Shown: positions 1 to 9,587 of the stretch, one piece after another
Layout: each line of letters starts with the position of its first letter
Numbering within the stretch: the first letter of the stretch is position 1
Source: Dehalococcoidia bacterium
GTDB taxonomy: Bacteria > Chloroflexota > Dehalococcoidia > Bin125
Length of the DNA stretch: 64,000 bases
Direction: 5' to 3'
Assembly: GCA_963663235.2 (NCBI GenBank)
Contig: CAXXNO010000004.1
Location: 256,001-320,000, forward strand
The notes under the pieces: model-generated
Seen by the model: only the letters and a program-made list of their open reading frames with translations
What the model was told of the DNA's origin: nothing
Databases searched by the model: none
Program-made: the position numbers and the translations under genes

Positions 1-1464
1 CGCCAGGTTCTGCTGCTGAAAGGTGATCAGGGTATAGAAGAAGGTGAAGGCCACCACCAGCACGAAGGCCAGAGCCCAGTAGAGGGGACGCCCCGGGGAG
101 AGGTTGTTCTGGGCCCAGTCGGCGACGCGGCCGATCAGCGGCAGCCGCTCGCCGGCCGTCTGTCCTTCGACCACACCCGGAGTCAAGGGGTCATCGATAC
201 CGTTGAGGTCGAACCCGCCCGCCTCCAGCTCGAACACGGTTGCGAGGAAATCGCCCTCCAGGTCTTCCAGTGCGATCAGGTCCGAGCCGGAAGCGCTGCT
301 CCCGATGCGCCACTGGGTCGCCCCGGTCGCCGGATCGGTGTCCACGAAGGTGAACACGTTGGCATGACGGTCCGAGTTGATGTCGCCGACAAGGTCGTCG
401 AAGGAGTCCTCCGCCCCCACGTAGGCGAACTCGGCATCGTTGACGCTGAAGCGGCCCTCCGGGTCCAGAGCGGGCAAGGTCTGGGCTAAAGGCTGGGAGG
501 CGTCATCCTCGGTGAACGGGATCTCCGCGCGAATTGTGGTGTTGCGGTCCACCGCTGCCCCCACCACGTAGCCCGCGACCACCGAGGGGAAGATGATGAT
601 GGAGAAGGCGAAGATGAGCGGGATCATCCCGGCGCTGTTCACCCGCAGGGGAATGAAGCTCTGCCCGCTCTGCCGATACATGCGGCCGCCCCGGAAGACG
701 CTGCGCGCGTACTGCACGGGGATGCGGCGCTGCGCCTCCTGGAAGAAGACGATCAAGGCGACCAAGATGAGCGCGATCACGATCACCACCGCGATGCCGG
801 CGAACCCGGTGTCGCTCTGGCGGACGGAGTTGAAGAGGGTGGGGAAGCTGGCGATGATGCCGCCGAAGATGATGATGGAGATGCCGTTGCCGATCCCCTT
901 CTCCGTGATCAACTCCCCCAGCCAGACCAAGAACATGGTGCCGGCGGTCATGGTGATGACGGCCGAGATGGTGGGCAGGGCGGCGTCCCCGCTGAAGCCG
1001 ACCCCCTCAATGGCGTTGGCGTTCTGCAGCAGGAGGAGCTGGCCGTAGCCCTGGACGATCGACATGGGGAGGGCCAGCCAGTAGGTGTACATCTGGATGC
1101 GGTTGCGACCCTGCTCCCCTTCGCGGGCGAGGTTCTGCAGCCTCGGGACCATGGGGGTCATGAGCTGCATCACGATGGAGGCGGTGATGTAGGGGTAGAC
1201 CCCCAGCGCCACGAGGCTCAGGTTCTCCAAGCCGCCGCCGCTGAAGAGGTTGAGGAACCCCAGAACGGGGTTGTTGCTCAGGGCGTTGTCCAGTTGCGTG
1301 GGCCGGACGCCGGGGATGGGGACGTGCGCCACGAAGCGGAACACCACCAGCAGGCCCAGCGTGAACAGGATCTTGCGGCGGACGTCCGGCTGCCGCCAGG
1401 CGTCGACGAGGGCTTGAAGCAGGCGCGGCCTAGTCGGTGCGGCGGCGCTCTGTGATCGTTGCAT
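1..1464 (-). CDS. secY: Preprotein translocase SecY, 3' end outside window, with a large insertion in the TM7-TM8 loop
   Basis: Manual translation from ATG at 1464: MQRSQSAAAPTRPRLLQALVDAWRQPDVRRKILFTLGLLVVFRFVAHVPIPGV...ALGVYPYITASIVMQL...GIGNGISIIIFGGIIA...IPLRVNSAGMIPLIFA...FTFFYT. Follows rplO as in spc operons. Absent from the ORF track because it has no stop in the window. Confidence 0.97.
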   Translation of the reverse strand, partial: MQRSQSAAAPTRPRLLQALVDAWRQPDVRRKILFTLGLLVVFRFVAHVPIPGVRPTQLDNALSNNPVLGFLNLFSGGGLENLSLVALGVYPYITASIVMQLMTPMVPRLQNLAREGEQGRNRIQMYTYWLALPMSIVQGYGQLLLLQNANAIEGVGFSGDAALPTISAVITMTAGTMFLVWLGELITEKGIGNGISIIIFGGIIASFPTLFNSVRQSDTGFAGIAVVIVIALILVALIVFFQEAQRRIPVQYARSVFRGGRMYRQSGQSFIPLRVNSAGMIPLIFAFSIIIFPSVVAGYVVGAAVDRNTTIRAEIPFTEDDASQPLAQTLPALDPEGRFSVNDAEFAYVGAEDSFDDLVGDINSDRHANVFTFVDTDPATGATQWRIGSSASGSDLIALEDLEGDFLATVFELEAGGFDLNGIDDPLTPGVVEGQTAGERLPLIGRVADWAQNNLSPGRPLYWALAFVLVVAFTFFYTLITFQQQNLA

Positions 1465-1915
1465 CCACATCCTCTACGCGGCCGCCGGCCGCTTCGATCT
1501 TGGCCCGAGCGGCGGGGGAGACCTTGGCGGCCCGGATGACGAGCGGCCGGTCCAGGGTGCCGGTTGCCAGGATTTTGAAGGGCTCCGTGGCGCGGTGCAG
1601 GAGGCCGGCTTCGACGAGCGCCTCGGGCGTCACCTCCGCGTCGGCCGGGAAGCGAGCGTTGAGCTTGAAGAGGTTGATTGGGGTGACTTCCACGCGGAAC
1701 GGTGGCGTGAAGCCTCGCTTGTGTCCCATGCGCCGGACCAAGGGCAACTGGCCACCCTCGAACCCGATGCGCGGTCCAGACCCCGCGCGCGATTTCTGGC
1801 CCTTCAAGCCGCGACCGGAGTACGTGCCGGTGCCGGAGGCGTTGCCCCGGCCCAGGCGCTTGCGCGGCCGTTTCGCCCCGGCAGGGGGGCGCAGATCGTG
1901 TGCCCGGAGCGGCAT
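1430..1915 (-). CDS. rplO: 50S ribosomal protein L15
   Basis: GRGNASGTGTYSGRGLKGQKSR and GFEGGQLPL motifs; operon position. Confidence 0.97.
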   Translation of the reverse strand: MPLRAHDLRPPAGAKRPRKRLGRGNASGTGTYSGRGLKGQKSRAGSGPRIGFEGGQLPLVRRMGHKRGFTPPFRVEVTPINLFKLNARFPADAEVTPEALVEAGLLHRATEPFKILATGTLDRPLVIRAAKVSPAARAKIEAAGGRVEDVDATITERRRTD

Positions 1916-1917
1916 GG

Positions 1918-2115
1918 TTAGGCCTCCTCCACCTCTTGCACGGCGACCAGGTGCTGCACTTTCCTAATCATGCCGCGGATCGCCGGTGTGTCCGGCCGCT
2001 CCACGGTCTGTCCGAGGCGGCGCAGTCCCAGGGAGCGCACCGTCTGCGCTTGATCGGAGCGGTAGCCGATGCTGCTCTTGCGGTAGGTGATTCGCAGTTT
2101 GCTCACCGCGGGCAT
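1918..2115 (-). CDS. rpmD: 50S ribosomal protein L30
   Basis: [12 protein letters not shown]...TVRSLGLRR...[13 protein letters not shown]; between S5 and L15. Confidence 0.96.
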   Translation of the reverse strand: MPAVSKLRITYRKSSIGYRSDQAQTVRSLGLRRLGQTVERPDTPAIRGMIRKVQHLVAVQEVEEA

Positions 2116-2118
2116 TCC

Positions 2119-2956
2119 CTACTCTGAAGCCGTCTCTGGAGCGGGCGCGGCGGGCTGGGTGGGCGCGGCGGGTTGGGTGGCCGCGGCGGGCTGGGTGGGC
2201 GCGGCGGGCTGGGTGGCCGCGGCGGGCTGGGTGGGCGCGGCGGGCTGGGTGGGCGCGGCGGGCTGGGTGGCCGCGGCGGGCTGGGTGGGCGCGGCGGGTT
2301 GGGTGGCCGCGGCGGCGGCGCGGGGTGGGGCGCGGCGGGCTGGGTGGGCGCGGCGGCTGGGTGGGCGCGGCGGGCTGGGTTGGGTGGGCCGGCGGGTTGG
2401 GTGGGCGGGGTTGGGTGGGCGCGGCGGGTTGGCCGGCGGAGGCCGGGGCTTCGGGCGGCAGGCCGGCCAGCGCCAAGCGCTGCCGCCGGACGGCTCTCGG
2501 GTCGCGCAGGCTGGCCAGCGCTTTCATGGTCGCCTGGACAACGTTGATGACGTTCTGCGATCCGAGCGACTTGGTCAGCACATCGCGAACGCCAGCCGCC
2601 TCCATGACGGCGCGCACGCCGCCGCCCGCGATCACGCCGGTCCCGGGAGAGGCCGGCTTGAGCATCACGCGGGCCGCGCCGTATTTCGTCGTCGTCGGAT
2701 GCGGGAGCGTGCCGTTGCGCAGGGGAACGGTGACCATGTTCTTGCGGGCGGTGGTTGCGCCCTTGCGGATGGCCTCGGGCACTTCGTTGGCGCGCCCGAT
2801 GGCCGCGCCGACCGAGCCCTGCCCGTCGCCCACGACCACTACGGCGGTGAAGGAGAAGCGCCGGCCGCCCTTGACCACCTTGGCCACGCGGTTGATGGCC
2901 ACCACTTTCTCGATGAGGTCGCCGGGGGCGCGCTGGGACATCTGCGGGTGCGCCAT
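2119..2956 (-). CDS. rpsE: 30S ribosomal protein S5 with a C-terminal PAAPTQ-repeat tail; apparent frameshift inside the repeat
   Basis: [14 protein letters not shown] and PGTGVIAGG motifs. The clean repeat frame ends [14 protein letters not shown] (2119-2121), immediately before the rpmD ATG. The ORF-track frame drifts in degenerate repeat copies at ~2310-2420. Confidence 0.93.
2147..2430. repeat. 18-bp tandem repeat gcggcggg(c/t)tgggtgg(g/c)c, about 9 clean and about 7 degenerate copies, encoding PAA(P/A)TQ
   Basis: Directly visible in the sequence. Confidence 0.95.
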
Positions 2957-2972
2957 TCTCCGTCCTTCCACG

Positions 2973-3347
2973 CTAAAACTCTAGGCCGCCCTTGCGGGCC
3001 GCCTCGGCCAGGGCCTGCACGCGCCCGTGATAGCGGTAGCCGCCGCGATCGAAGACGACGGTCCGGATCCCGGTGGCGCGAGCGCGTTCCGCTAGGCGAG
3101 CGCCCACGGCCGTGGCGCGGTCCGTCTTGCCGGGCCCGTTGTGGCTGCGCAGGTCACTTTCGAGGTCGGAGGCGGCGGCGAGCGTCACCCCTTGTTCGTC
3201 GTCGATGATCTGGCTGTAGATGTATTGGTTGGAGCGGAAGACGGTCAGGCGCGGGCGGGCGGCGGTGCCGCGCACCCGCCGGCGCACGCGGGCGTGGCGC
3301 CGCAAGCGGGCGGCCCGAACGGTACGGCGGCGGCGGCGGGTCCCCAT
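2973..3347 (-). CDS. rplR: 50S ribosomal protein L18
   Basis: [28 protein letters not shown]; start moved to ATG 3347. Confidence 0.96.
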   Translation of the reverse strand: MGTRRRRRTVRAARLRRHARVRRRVRGTAARPRLTVFRSNQYIYSQIIDDEQGVTLAAASDLESDLRSHNGPGKTDRATAVGARLAERARATGIRTVVFDRGGYRYHGRVQALAEAARKGGLEF

Positions 3348-3349
3348 CC

Positions 3350-3898
3350 TCACGCTCCCAACGCGGTTCGTGCGCCCTTGCCGGCCTTGCGCCGGACCCA
3401 CTCGCCCTGGTAGCGGATGCCCTTGCCCTTGTACGGCTCCGGCGGGCGGACCCGGCGAATCGTCGCGGCCTGCTGGCCGACGACTTGTTTGTCGATGCCG
3501 CGCACGTGGACCAGCGGGCCTTCCAATTCGAAGGTGATCCCTTCCAGGGGCTCGACGTGCACGTCGTGTGAAAACCCGACGCGCAAGACCAGGGTGGCCT
3601 CTTCCATCTGAGCGCGATAGCCGGTGCCCTGAATCTCCAGCGTCTTCGTGAACCCCTGCACCACACCGATCACCATGTTGTTGATCAGCGTGCGTGTCAG
3701 CCCATGCAAGGCGCGGTGCTTCCGCTGCTCCGAGGGCCGCGTGACCTGGACCCGGCCGTCGCCGATGGTCACCTGCATGTCGGGGTGCAGCAAGCGCGTG
3801 AGGACGCCGTTGGGTCCGCTGACCTCGATGCGGCTGCCGTCCAGGGTGGCGGTGACCCCGGCGGGCAGGGAGATGGGTTCTCGGCCGACGCGGCTCAT
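3350..3898 (-). CDS. rplF: 50S ribosomal protein L6
   Basis: MSRVGREPI...[13 protein letters not shown]. Confidence 0.97.
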   Translation of the reverse strand: MSRVGREPISLPAGVTATLDGSRIEVSGPNGVLTRLLHPDMQVTIGDGRVQVTRPSEQRKHRALHGLTRTLINNMVIGVVQGFTKTLEIQGTGYRAQMEEATLVLRVGFSHDVHVEPLEGITFELEGPLVHVRGIDKQVVGQQAATIRRVRPPEPYKGKGIRYQGEWVRRKAGKGARTALGA

Positions 3899-3902
3899 TG
3901 CA

Positions 3903-4307
3903 TCACCAGACGTAGCACAGGACTTCACCGCCCACCTGTTCGCGGCGGGCGCGCTGGCCGGTCATCACGCCGCGAGGCGTGGAAAGGATGGCGACGCCGA
4001 GACCACCGTAGACCCGGGGCACCTCGCGCCGCTGGACGTAGACGCGCAAGCCGGGCCGGCTGACACGCTGGACGCCGGTGAGCACGGGCTCGCCGTCCTC
4101 GCTGTAGAGCAACTCGATATCGATGTCCCGGCGCACGGGCGTGCGGCCTTCGCCGACGGTGTAGCTCTTGATGAAGCCCTCCTGGGCCAGGACATCCGCC
4201 AGGGCCACCTTGAGCTTGGAGGCGGGGATGCGCACCCGCTCATGGCGGGCGGCGATGGCGTTGCGGATCCGTGTGAGCATGTCGGCGATGGGATCAGTGA
4301 CGGGCAT
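3903..4307 (-). CDS. rpsH: 30S ribosomal protein S8
   Basis: [17 protein letters not shown]...SRPGLRVY...GGEVLCYVW. Confidence 0.97.
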   Translation of the reverse strand: MPVTDPIADMLTRIRNAIAARHERVRIPASKLKVALADVLAQEGFIKSYTVGEGRTPVRRDIDIELLYSEDGEPVLTGVQRVSRPGLRVYVQRREVPRVYGGLGVAILSTPRGVMTGQRARREQVGGEVLCYVW

Positions 4308-4311
4308 ACGG

Positions 4312-4872
4312 CTATCCTCCGCTACCGGCGCGCGCGAGCGGCATGCCGAGCAGTTCCAGCAAGCGCCGGCCTTCTTCGTCCGTCTTGGCGGTGGTGCGGA
4401 TGTTGACCTGGAGACCGCGGATGCGGTCGACCTGGGCGTAGTCGATCTCGGGGAAGATGATCTGCTCGCGCAGGCCGAGGCTGAAGTTGCCCCGCCCATC
4501 GAAGGCGGTGCGGGAGACGCCGCGAAAGTCGCGGATGCGAGGGAGGGCGGCGTTGATGGTGCGGTCCAAGAACTCCCACATCCGGTCCCCGTGGAGTGTG
4601 CAGGTGACGCCCACGGGGTTGCCGGCGCGCAGCTTGAAGTTGGCGACGGATTTCTTGGCGCGCATGATGACCGGCTTCTGTCCGGTGATGGCAGCGATGT
4701 CATCCGCGGTGGTATCCAGGGCGCGGGCGTTTTCCAGCGCCTCTCCCAGCCCAACGTTGACCACGACCATGGTGACGCGGGGGACCTCCATGACGTTGCG
4801 GTAGTGAAACTCCCGCATCAGCGCGGGCTGCACTTCGTCTTGATAGCGTTGGCGGAGACGTGGCGCGGGCAT
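4312..4872 (-). CDS. rplE: 50S ribosomal protein L5
   Basis: [29 protein letters not shown]; start ATG 4872. Confidence 0.97.
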   Translation of the reverse strand: MPAPRLRQRYQDEVQPALMREFHYRNVMEVPRVTMVVVNVGLGEALENARALDTTADDIAAITGQKPVIMRAKKSVANFKLRAGNPVGVTCTLHGDRMWEFLDRTINAALPRIRDFRGVSRTAFDGRGNFSLGLREQIIFPEIDYAQVDRIRGLQVNIRTTAKTDEEGRRLLELLGMPLARAGSGG

Positions 4873-5186
4873 CAGTCGAGTTCCTCGTCGCAGCGTTTGC
4901 AAACTCGCACCTTGACGGTGTCCGCGCGGATGCGGAAGCCGATGCGCGTGGCACGATTGCAGCTGGCGCAGACGGGGGCCACGTTGCTCCAGTGCAGGGA
5001 GGCCTCCATCTCCACGATCCCGGCCTGGGTGCCGAGCTGGCGCGGCTTCAGGTGCCGCTTGACCATGTTCACGCCTTGGACGATGACGCGCTCGCGGCGC
5101 GGGATGACCTGGCGCACCTGTCCGCGCTTGCCGCGGTCCCTGCCGCTCAGCACCTCTACGAGGTCGTCCCGCTGGATGCGTCGCAT
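4872..5186 (-). CDS. rplX: 50S ribosomal protein L24
   Basis: KOW-like [17 protein letters not shown]; GVNMVKRH. Confidence 0.96.
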   Translation of the reverse strand: MRRIQRDDLVEVLSGRDRGKRGQVRQVIPRRERVIVQGVNMVKRHLKPRQLGTQAGIVEMEASLHWSNVAPVCASCNRATRIGFRIRADTVKVRVCKRCDEELD

Positions 5187-5189
5187 GCG

Positions 5190-5558
5190 CTAGACGACCT
5201 CCGGCGCTAAGGAGACGATCTTCATGTAGTTCTTCTCCCGCAGCTCCCGCGCGACCGGCCCGAAGATGCGCGTGCCGCGTGGATTCAGGCGGTCCGAGAG
5301 GATCACTGCCGCGTTCTCGTCGAACTTGATGTAGGAGCCGTCGGCGCGGCGGTAGCCTTGGGCGGTGCGCACCACCACGGCGCGGACCACGTCGCCTTTC
5401 TTGACCTCGCGGGCGGGGTCGGCCTGTTTGACGCTGGCGACGATGACGTCGCCGACGCGGGCATAGCGGCGCCGCGTGCCGCCCAGCACGCGGATGCACT
5501 TGATCACTCGCGCGCCGGAGTTATCCGCGACTCGCATGGCTGTTTCTTGCTGGATCAC
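5190..5558 (-). CDS. rplN: 50S ribosomal protein L14
   Basis: [27 protein letters not shown]. Confidence 0.98.
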   Translation of the reverse strand: MIQQETAMRVADNSGARVIKCIRVLGGTRRRYARVGDVIVASVKQADPAREVKKGDVVRAVVVRTAQGYRRADGSYIKFDENAAVILSDRLNPRGTRIFGPVARELREKNYMKIVSLAPEVV

Positions 5559-6016
5559 GGGGCCGGCTCCTGGTCCGTGTCGGGCGGATCGCCCTCCGTG
5601 TCCTGGCGGGGCGCCGGGGGATCGGGCGCGGCGGTCGCGGCGGGCGGCGCCGACGCCGGCGGCTCGGGCGTCGTCGCGTCCGGTTGGAGGGATGGAGCGG
5701 GCGGCTCAGCGGCGGGGGCGGCGGCGATGGCCTCCGGCTCCACGGCGATCTCGCGCGGCTGAACCTCGGCGACTTCGTGGCGCTCCAAGATCTCGACCAC
5801 GCGCCAGTGTTTCAGTTTGGAGAGCGGGCGGGACTCCTCGATCAGCACGCGGTCTCCCAGGCGGCAGTCGTTGCGCTCATCGTGCGCCTGGTAGCGCTTG
5901 CGGCGGCGGAGGCTCTTGCGGTAGAGGCGGTGGGTGATGATGCGCTCGATCTGTACGACGACGGTCTTGTCCATTTTTTCGCTGACGACGGTCCCGGTGC
6001 GTTGTTTGCGCGCCAT
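5555..6016 (-). CDS. rpsQ: 30S ribosomal protein S17 with a Pro/Ala/acidic C-terminal tail
   Basis: [21 protein letters not shown]; about 65 aa low-complexity tail. Confidence 0.96.
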   Translation of the reverse strand: MARKQRTGTVVSEKMDKTVVVQIERIITHRLYRKSLRRRKRYQAHDERNDCRLGDRVLIEESRPLSKLKHWRVVEILERHEVAEVQPREIAVEPEAIAAAPAAEPPAPSLQPDATTPEPPASAPPAATAAPDPPAPRQDTEGDPPDTDQEPAP

Positions 6017-6019
6017 CGG

Positions 6020-6610
6020 CTAGCCCGCCTCCTTCTGCTCAGCGTCACCGGCCGCCTCGTCGTCGGCGGCGGGCTCCTCGGCGGGCGCCGCGGCCACGGC
6101 CGGCTCGGCGCTCTCGGCGGACTCGCTCTCGGCGGACTCGGTCTCGGCGGCGGGCTCTTCGGCGGGCGCCGCGGCCACGCCGGCTCGGCGCTCTCGGCGG
6201 ACTCGCTCTCGGCGGCTCGGTCTCGGTGGACTCGGTCTCGGCGGCGCTCTCGCCGCGGCCACGGCCGGCTCGCTCTCGGCGGACTCGGTCTCGGTGGACT
6301 CGGTCTCGGCGGCGGCGGCCTCCGCCTCGACCCGCTCGCGTTCTTCCTGGGCGCGCCGCTTCTGGGGCGAGATCTGGCGCTCGGCGGGGGTGGCGAGGGG
6401 CGCGACGAGGACACCGCGCGCCCGCTCCTGGCGGATGGTGCGCAGCCGTGCCACCTGGTGTCGCGCTTGGGGGATGGCCATGGTGTTGGTCAGTTGATGG
6501 GTGCCCTTCTGGAACTGCAGGGTGAAGAGTTCGCGGTAGGCCTCGTTGATGGCGGTGGCCAGGTCATCGTCGGAGAGGGCGCGAGCCTCGTTGGCGGCGG
6601 GGTTGGGCAT
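6020..6610 (-). CDS. rpmC: 50S ribosomal protein L29 with a long acidic repeat tail
   Basis: ELFTLQFQKGTHQL...VARLRTI core at the L29 position; AETESAESE repeats. Confidence 0.9.
   Translation of the reverse strand: MPNPAANEARALSDDDLATAINEAYRELFTLQFQKGTHQLTNTMAIPQARHQVARLRTIRQERARGVLVAPLATPAERQISPQKRRAQEERERVEAEAAAAETESTETESAESEPAVAAARAPPRPSPPRPSRRERVRRERRAGVAAAPAEEPAAETESAESESAESAEPAVAAAPAEEPAADDEAAGDAEQKEAG
6070..6320. repeat. Degenerate short repeats encoding AETES/AESES/EPAVAAAPAEE in the L29 tail
   Basis: Recurrent ctcggcggactcg(g/c)t units. Confidence 0.85.
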
Positions 6611-6612
6611 GG

Positions 6613-7032
6613 CTAGATGACCTCGGCGTCGCGCACGATGACGCGCGTGTGGATGGGCAGCTTGTGGGAGGCCAGCCGGAGGGCCTGCCGGGCGTCATGC
6701 TCGCTGACGCCGGAGATTTCGAAGATCACGCGGCCGGGCTTGACGACCGCGACCCAGTGATCCGGGGCGCCTTTGCCTTTGCCCATGCGGGTCTCGGCGG
6801 GCTTCTGTGTGACGGACTTGTCGGGAAAGATGCGAATCCAGATCTTGCCGCCGCGCTGGACGTAGTGGGTGATGGCGCGGCGGGCGGCCTCGATCTGGCG
6901 GCTGTCGATCCAGGCGGGGTCGAGGGCCTGGAGGCCGAATTCGCCGAAGGCCACGGTGTTGCCGGTGGCGGCGACGCCGCGGCGGCGGCCCCGGTGGTGC
7001 TTGCGCCAGCGGACGCGCTTGGGCTGGAGCAT
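6613..7032 (-). CDS. rplP: 50S ribosomal protein L16
   Basis: [27 protein letters not shown]. Confidence 0.98.
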   Translation of the reverse strand: MLQPKRVRWRKHHRGRRRGVAATGNTVAFGEFGLQALDPAWIDSRQIEAARRAITHYVQRGGKIWIRIFPDKSVTQKPAETRMGKGKGAPDHWVAVVKPGRVIFEISGVSEHDARQALRLASHKLPIHTRVIVRDAEVI

Positions 7033-7805
7033 CAGGCCGTCCCTGGGGGCGGGGGCGGCGTCTGGCCGTCCGCGGTGGCGGGAGGCTGCGGCTGTTGCGC
7101 GACCGGGGAGGTGGGGGGCGGCGGGACGGCGCGGGCGGGCCCGGTGACCTCTTCCTCGGCGAGACCGGGGGCGCTGCCCTCCGGCGTGATCAGGCCTTTG
7201 TAGATCCAGACCTTCACGCCGATCCGGCCGAAGACGGTGCGCGCCTCGACGCGCCCGTAGTCGATATCAGCGCGCAAGGTGTGAAGCGGTACTTGGCCGT
7301 TGCGCTCGGTGATGCGTCGGGACATCTCGGCGCCGCCGAGGCGGCCGCTGATGATGATCTTGACGCCCTTGGCGCCCCGTTGCATGGTGCGCTGCGCGGC
7401 CTGTTTGATGGCGCGGCGGAAGGCGACACGGCGCTCAAGTTGCTCGGCGACGTTGCGCGCCACCAAGCGGGCATCGAGCTCCGGTACGTGGATCTCTTGG
7501 ACGTTGACCCGGATCCGCCGGCCGGTGGCGCGCTCCAGGCGGTTGCGCAACTCATCGACCTTCTGGCCGCCGCGCCCGATCACGATGCCGGGCTTGGCCG
7601 TGTGGATGGTGACGGCGGCCTGGTTGGCGTTGTTCTCGATCACGATGCGGGAGACGCCGGAGTCGCCGAGGGTGTCATTGATCGTGCCGCGGATCATGCG
7701 GTCTTCGGCCAAGAAGTCCGCGTATTTCTCTTCCGCGTACCACTGGCTCTGCCACCCGTAGATGATGCCGAGGCGGAAACTGGTGGGGTTGACCTTTTGA
7801 CCCAT
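7032..7805 (-). CDS. rpsC: 30S ribosomal protein S3 with a Pro-rich tail
   Basis: MGQKVNP, KH domain [21 protein letters not shown]. Confidence 0.98.
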   Translation of the reverse strand: MGQKVNPTSFRLGIIYGWQSQWYAEEKYADFLAEDRMIRGTINDTLGDSGVSRIVIENNANQAAVTIHTAKPGIVIGRGGQKVDELRNRLERATGRRIRVNVQEIHVPELDARLVARNVAEQLERRVAFRRAIKQAAQRTMQRGAKGVKIIISGRLGGAEMSRRITERNGQVPLHTLRADIDYGRVEARTVFGRIGVKVWIYKGLITPEGSAPGLAEEEVTGPARAVPPPPTSPVAQQPQPPATADGQTPPPPPGTA

Positions 7806-7808
7806 CGT

Positions 7809-8147
7809 TTACTTCCGATCATCCGAGACGATGACAGTGATATGGCTGGTGCGCCGGCGGATCATGCCTGCGCGCCCGCGGGCCCTGGGCTTGAAACGGC
7901 GCAGGGTGCGCGCATCGCCGGCGTAGGCGGCGGCAACGCGCAGATCGTCGCGCGCGAGGTTGTAGTTATTCTCCGCGTTGGCTATTGCGGACTCCAGCAC
8001 CTTGGCCACCGTGCGGGCGGCGGGTTTGGGGGTGAAGCGCAGCGCCAGCAGCGCGTCCTCCACGGACATCCCACGGAGTCCTTGCAGGATCAGGCGCGCC
8101 TTGCGCGGCGTAATCGGGGCGAACTTGGCGGTGGCGCGGACGTTCAT
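7809..8147 (-). CDS. rplV: 50S ribosomal protein L22
   Basis: PRKARL, SAIANAENN, PRARGRA. Confidence 0.97.
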   Translation of the reverse strand: MNVRATAKFAPITPRKARLILQGLRGMSVEDALLALRFTPKPAARTVAKVLESAIANAENNYNLARDDLRVAAAYAGDARTLRRFKPRARGRAGMIRRRTSHITVIVSDDRK

Positions 8148-8149
8148 CG

Positions 8150-8434
8150 CTAGCGTACCTGTGTGCTCCTCTCGGAGCGGCCCGCGTGGCCGCGGAAGGT
8201 CCGGGTGGCGGCGAATTCGCCCAGCTTGTGTCCCACCATGTTCTCGGTGACGAAGACGGGCACGTGCCGGCGGCCGTCATGGACGCCGATTGTCAGCCCG
8301 ACCATCTCGGGCATGACGGTGGAAGCGCGCGACCAGGTCTGGATCACGGTGCGCTGTCCGCTCTTGCGCACGGCGAGGACCTTCTTGAGCAGTTTGGTAT
8401 CGATGTAGGGACCCTTTTTCGTAGAGCGCGACAT
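8150..8434 (-). CDS. rpsS: 30S ribosomal protein S19
   Basis: [16 protein letters not shown]. Confidence 0.98.
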   Translation of the reverse strand: MSRSTKKGPYIDTKLLKKVLAVRKSGQRTVIQTWSRASTVMPEMVGLTIGVHDGRRHVPVFVTENMVGHKLGEFAATRTFRGHAGRSERSTQVR

Positions 8435-8448
8435 TCGCTGCGTCCCCC

Positions 8449-9288
8449 TTAGCCGCGGCCGCTGCCGCGGCGGCGCACGATGTACTTGTCGGACGGCTTG
8501 CGCCCGCGGGTGCGATAGCCCAGGGTGGGCTTCCCCCAGGGGGTCTTGGGACCGGGCAGCCCGATGGGCGCCTTGCCCTCACCGCCGCCGTGGGGATGGT
8601 CGACGGGGTTCATCGCCGCGCCGCGCACTTGCGGGCGCCGGCCGCGATGGCGGGTCCTGCCGGCCTTGCCGAGCTTGATGATGCCGTGCTCGGCGTTGCC
8701 GACCTGGCCCACGGTGGCGTAGCAGGCGCTGCGGACGCGTCGCATCTCGCTGGAGGGAAGGCGCAGGAGACAGTAGTCGCCTTCCTTGGCCATGATCTGC
8801 GCGGCGACCCCGGCGCTGCGTACCATCTGCGCGCCCTTGCCCTCCACCAGCTCCACGCAGTGCACCTGCGTCCCGGACGGCAGCCCGGACAGCGGCATGG
8901 CGTTCCCGGGCCGGATGGGCGCGTCCGGACCGGTCTCGATCTGGTCGTTCACCGCGATCCCCAGAGGGGCGAGGATGTAGCGCTTCTCGCCGTCCGCGTA
9001 CACCACTAAGGCGATGCGCGCGGAGCGGTTGGGATCATACTCGATGGCGCGGACGCGGCCGGGGATGCCGACGCGGTCGCGGCGCTTCCAATCGATGATG
9101 CGGTAGCGGCGCTTTGCGCCGCCGCCGCGGTGCCGGACCGTAATGACGCCGCGATTGTTGCGGCCGGCCTTGCGCTTGAGCGGCGCAAGCAGGCTCTTCT
9201 CGGGGCGTTTCTTCGTGATCTCCGTGAAGCTATAGCCGGAGGCGCCGCGACGGCCGGGCGAGGTGGGCTTGAACTGCTTCAACGGCAT
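8449..9288 (-). CDS. rplB: 50S ribosomal protein L2
   Basis: [23 protein letters not shown]. Confidence 0.98.
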   Translation of the reverse strand: MPLKQFKPTSPGRRGASGYSFTEITKKRPEKSLLAPLKRKAGRNNRGVITVRHRGGGAKRRYRIIDWKRRDRVGIPGRVRAIEYDPNRSARIALVVYADGEKRYILAPLGIAVNDQIETGPDAPIRPGNAMPLSGLPSGTQVHCVELVEGKGAQMVRSAGVAAQIMAKEGDYCLLRLPSSEMRRVRSACYATVGQVGNAEHGIIKLGKAGRTRHRGRRPQVRGAAMNPVDHPHGGGEGKAPIGLPGPKTPWGKPTLGYRTRGRKPSDKYIVRRRGSGRG

Positions 9289-9290
9289 GG

Positions 9291-9587
9291 CTACACCCCC
9301 TCGAAGAGCTTGATCTGATAGCCCGGGGCGAGGGTGACGACCGCCTTCTTGCGGCTCGGTTCCTGGCCGGTGCGCCGGCCGAAGCGCCGGCTCTTGCCCC
9401 GCACGGTCATCACGTTGACCTTGCGCACGGCCACGCTGAACGCGATCTCGACGGCCTCCTTAATCTGCATCTTGTTGGCGCGGGGATCGACTTCAAAGAC
9501 GTACTTGCCCGTTTCGGCCAGCTCCGTGCTCTTTTCCGTCAGGATGGGACGACGCAACACGACGTAGGGATGGATCTCCTTGGGCAT
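9291..9587 (-). CDS. rplW: 50S ribosomal protein L23
   Basis: [26 protein letters not shown]. Confidence 0.97.
   Translation of the reverse strand: MPKEIHPYVVLRRPILTEKSTELAETGKYVFEVDPRANKMQIKEAVEIAFSVAVRKVNVMTVRGKSRRFGRRTGQEPSRKKAVVTLAPGYQIKLFEGV

Noticed and set aside
2147-2430. Regular repeats as a possible CRISPR array
   Set aside because: No spacers and no cas genes; unit lengths are multiples of 3 inside coding sequence. The same applies to the S18 repeats.
6175-6255. Arg-rich stretch (RAPPRPSPPRPSRRERVRRERR) in the L29 tail
   Set aside because: Three single-base deletions (~6251, ~6215, ~6180) relative to the flanking AETES repeats explain it, so it is most likely indel error rather than a basic motif.
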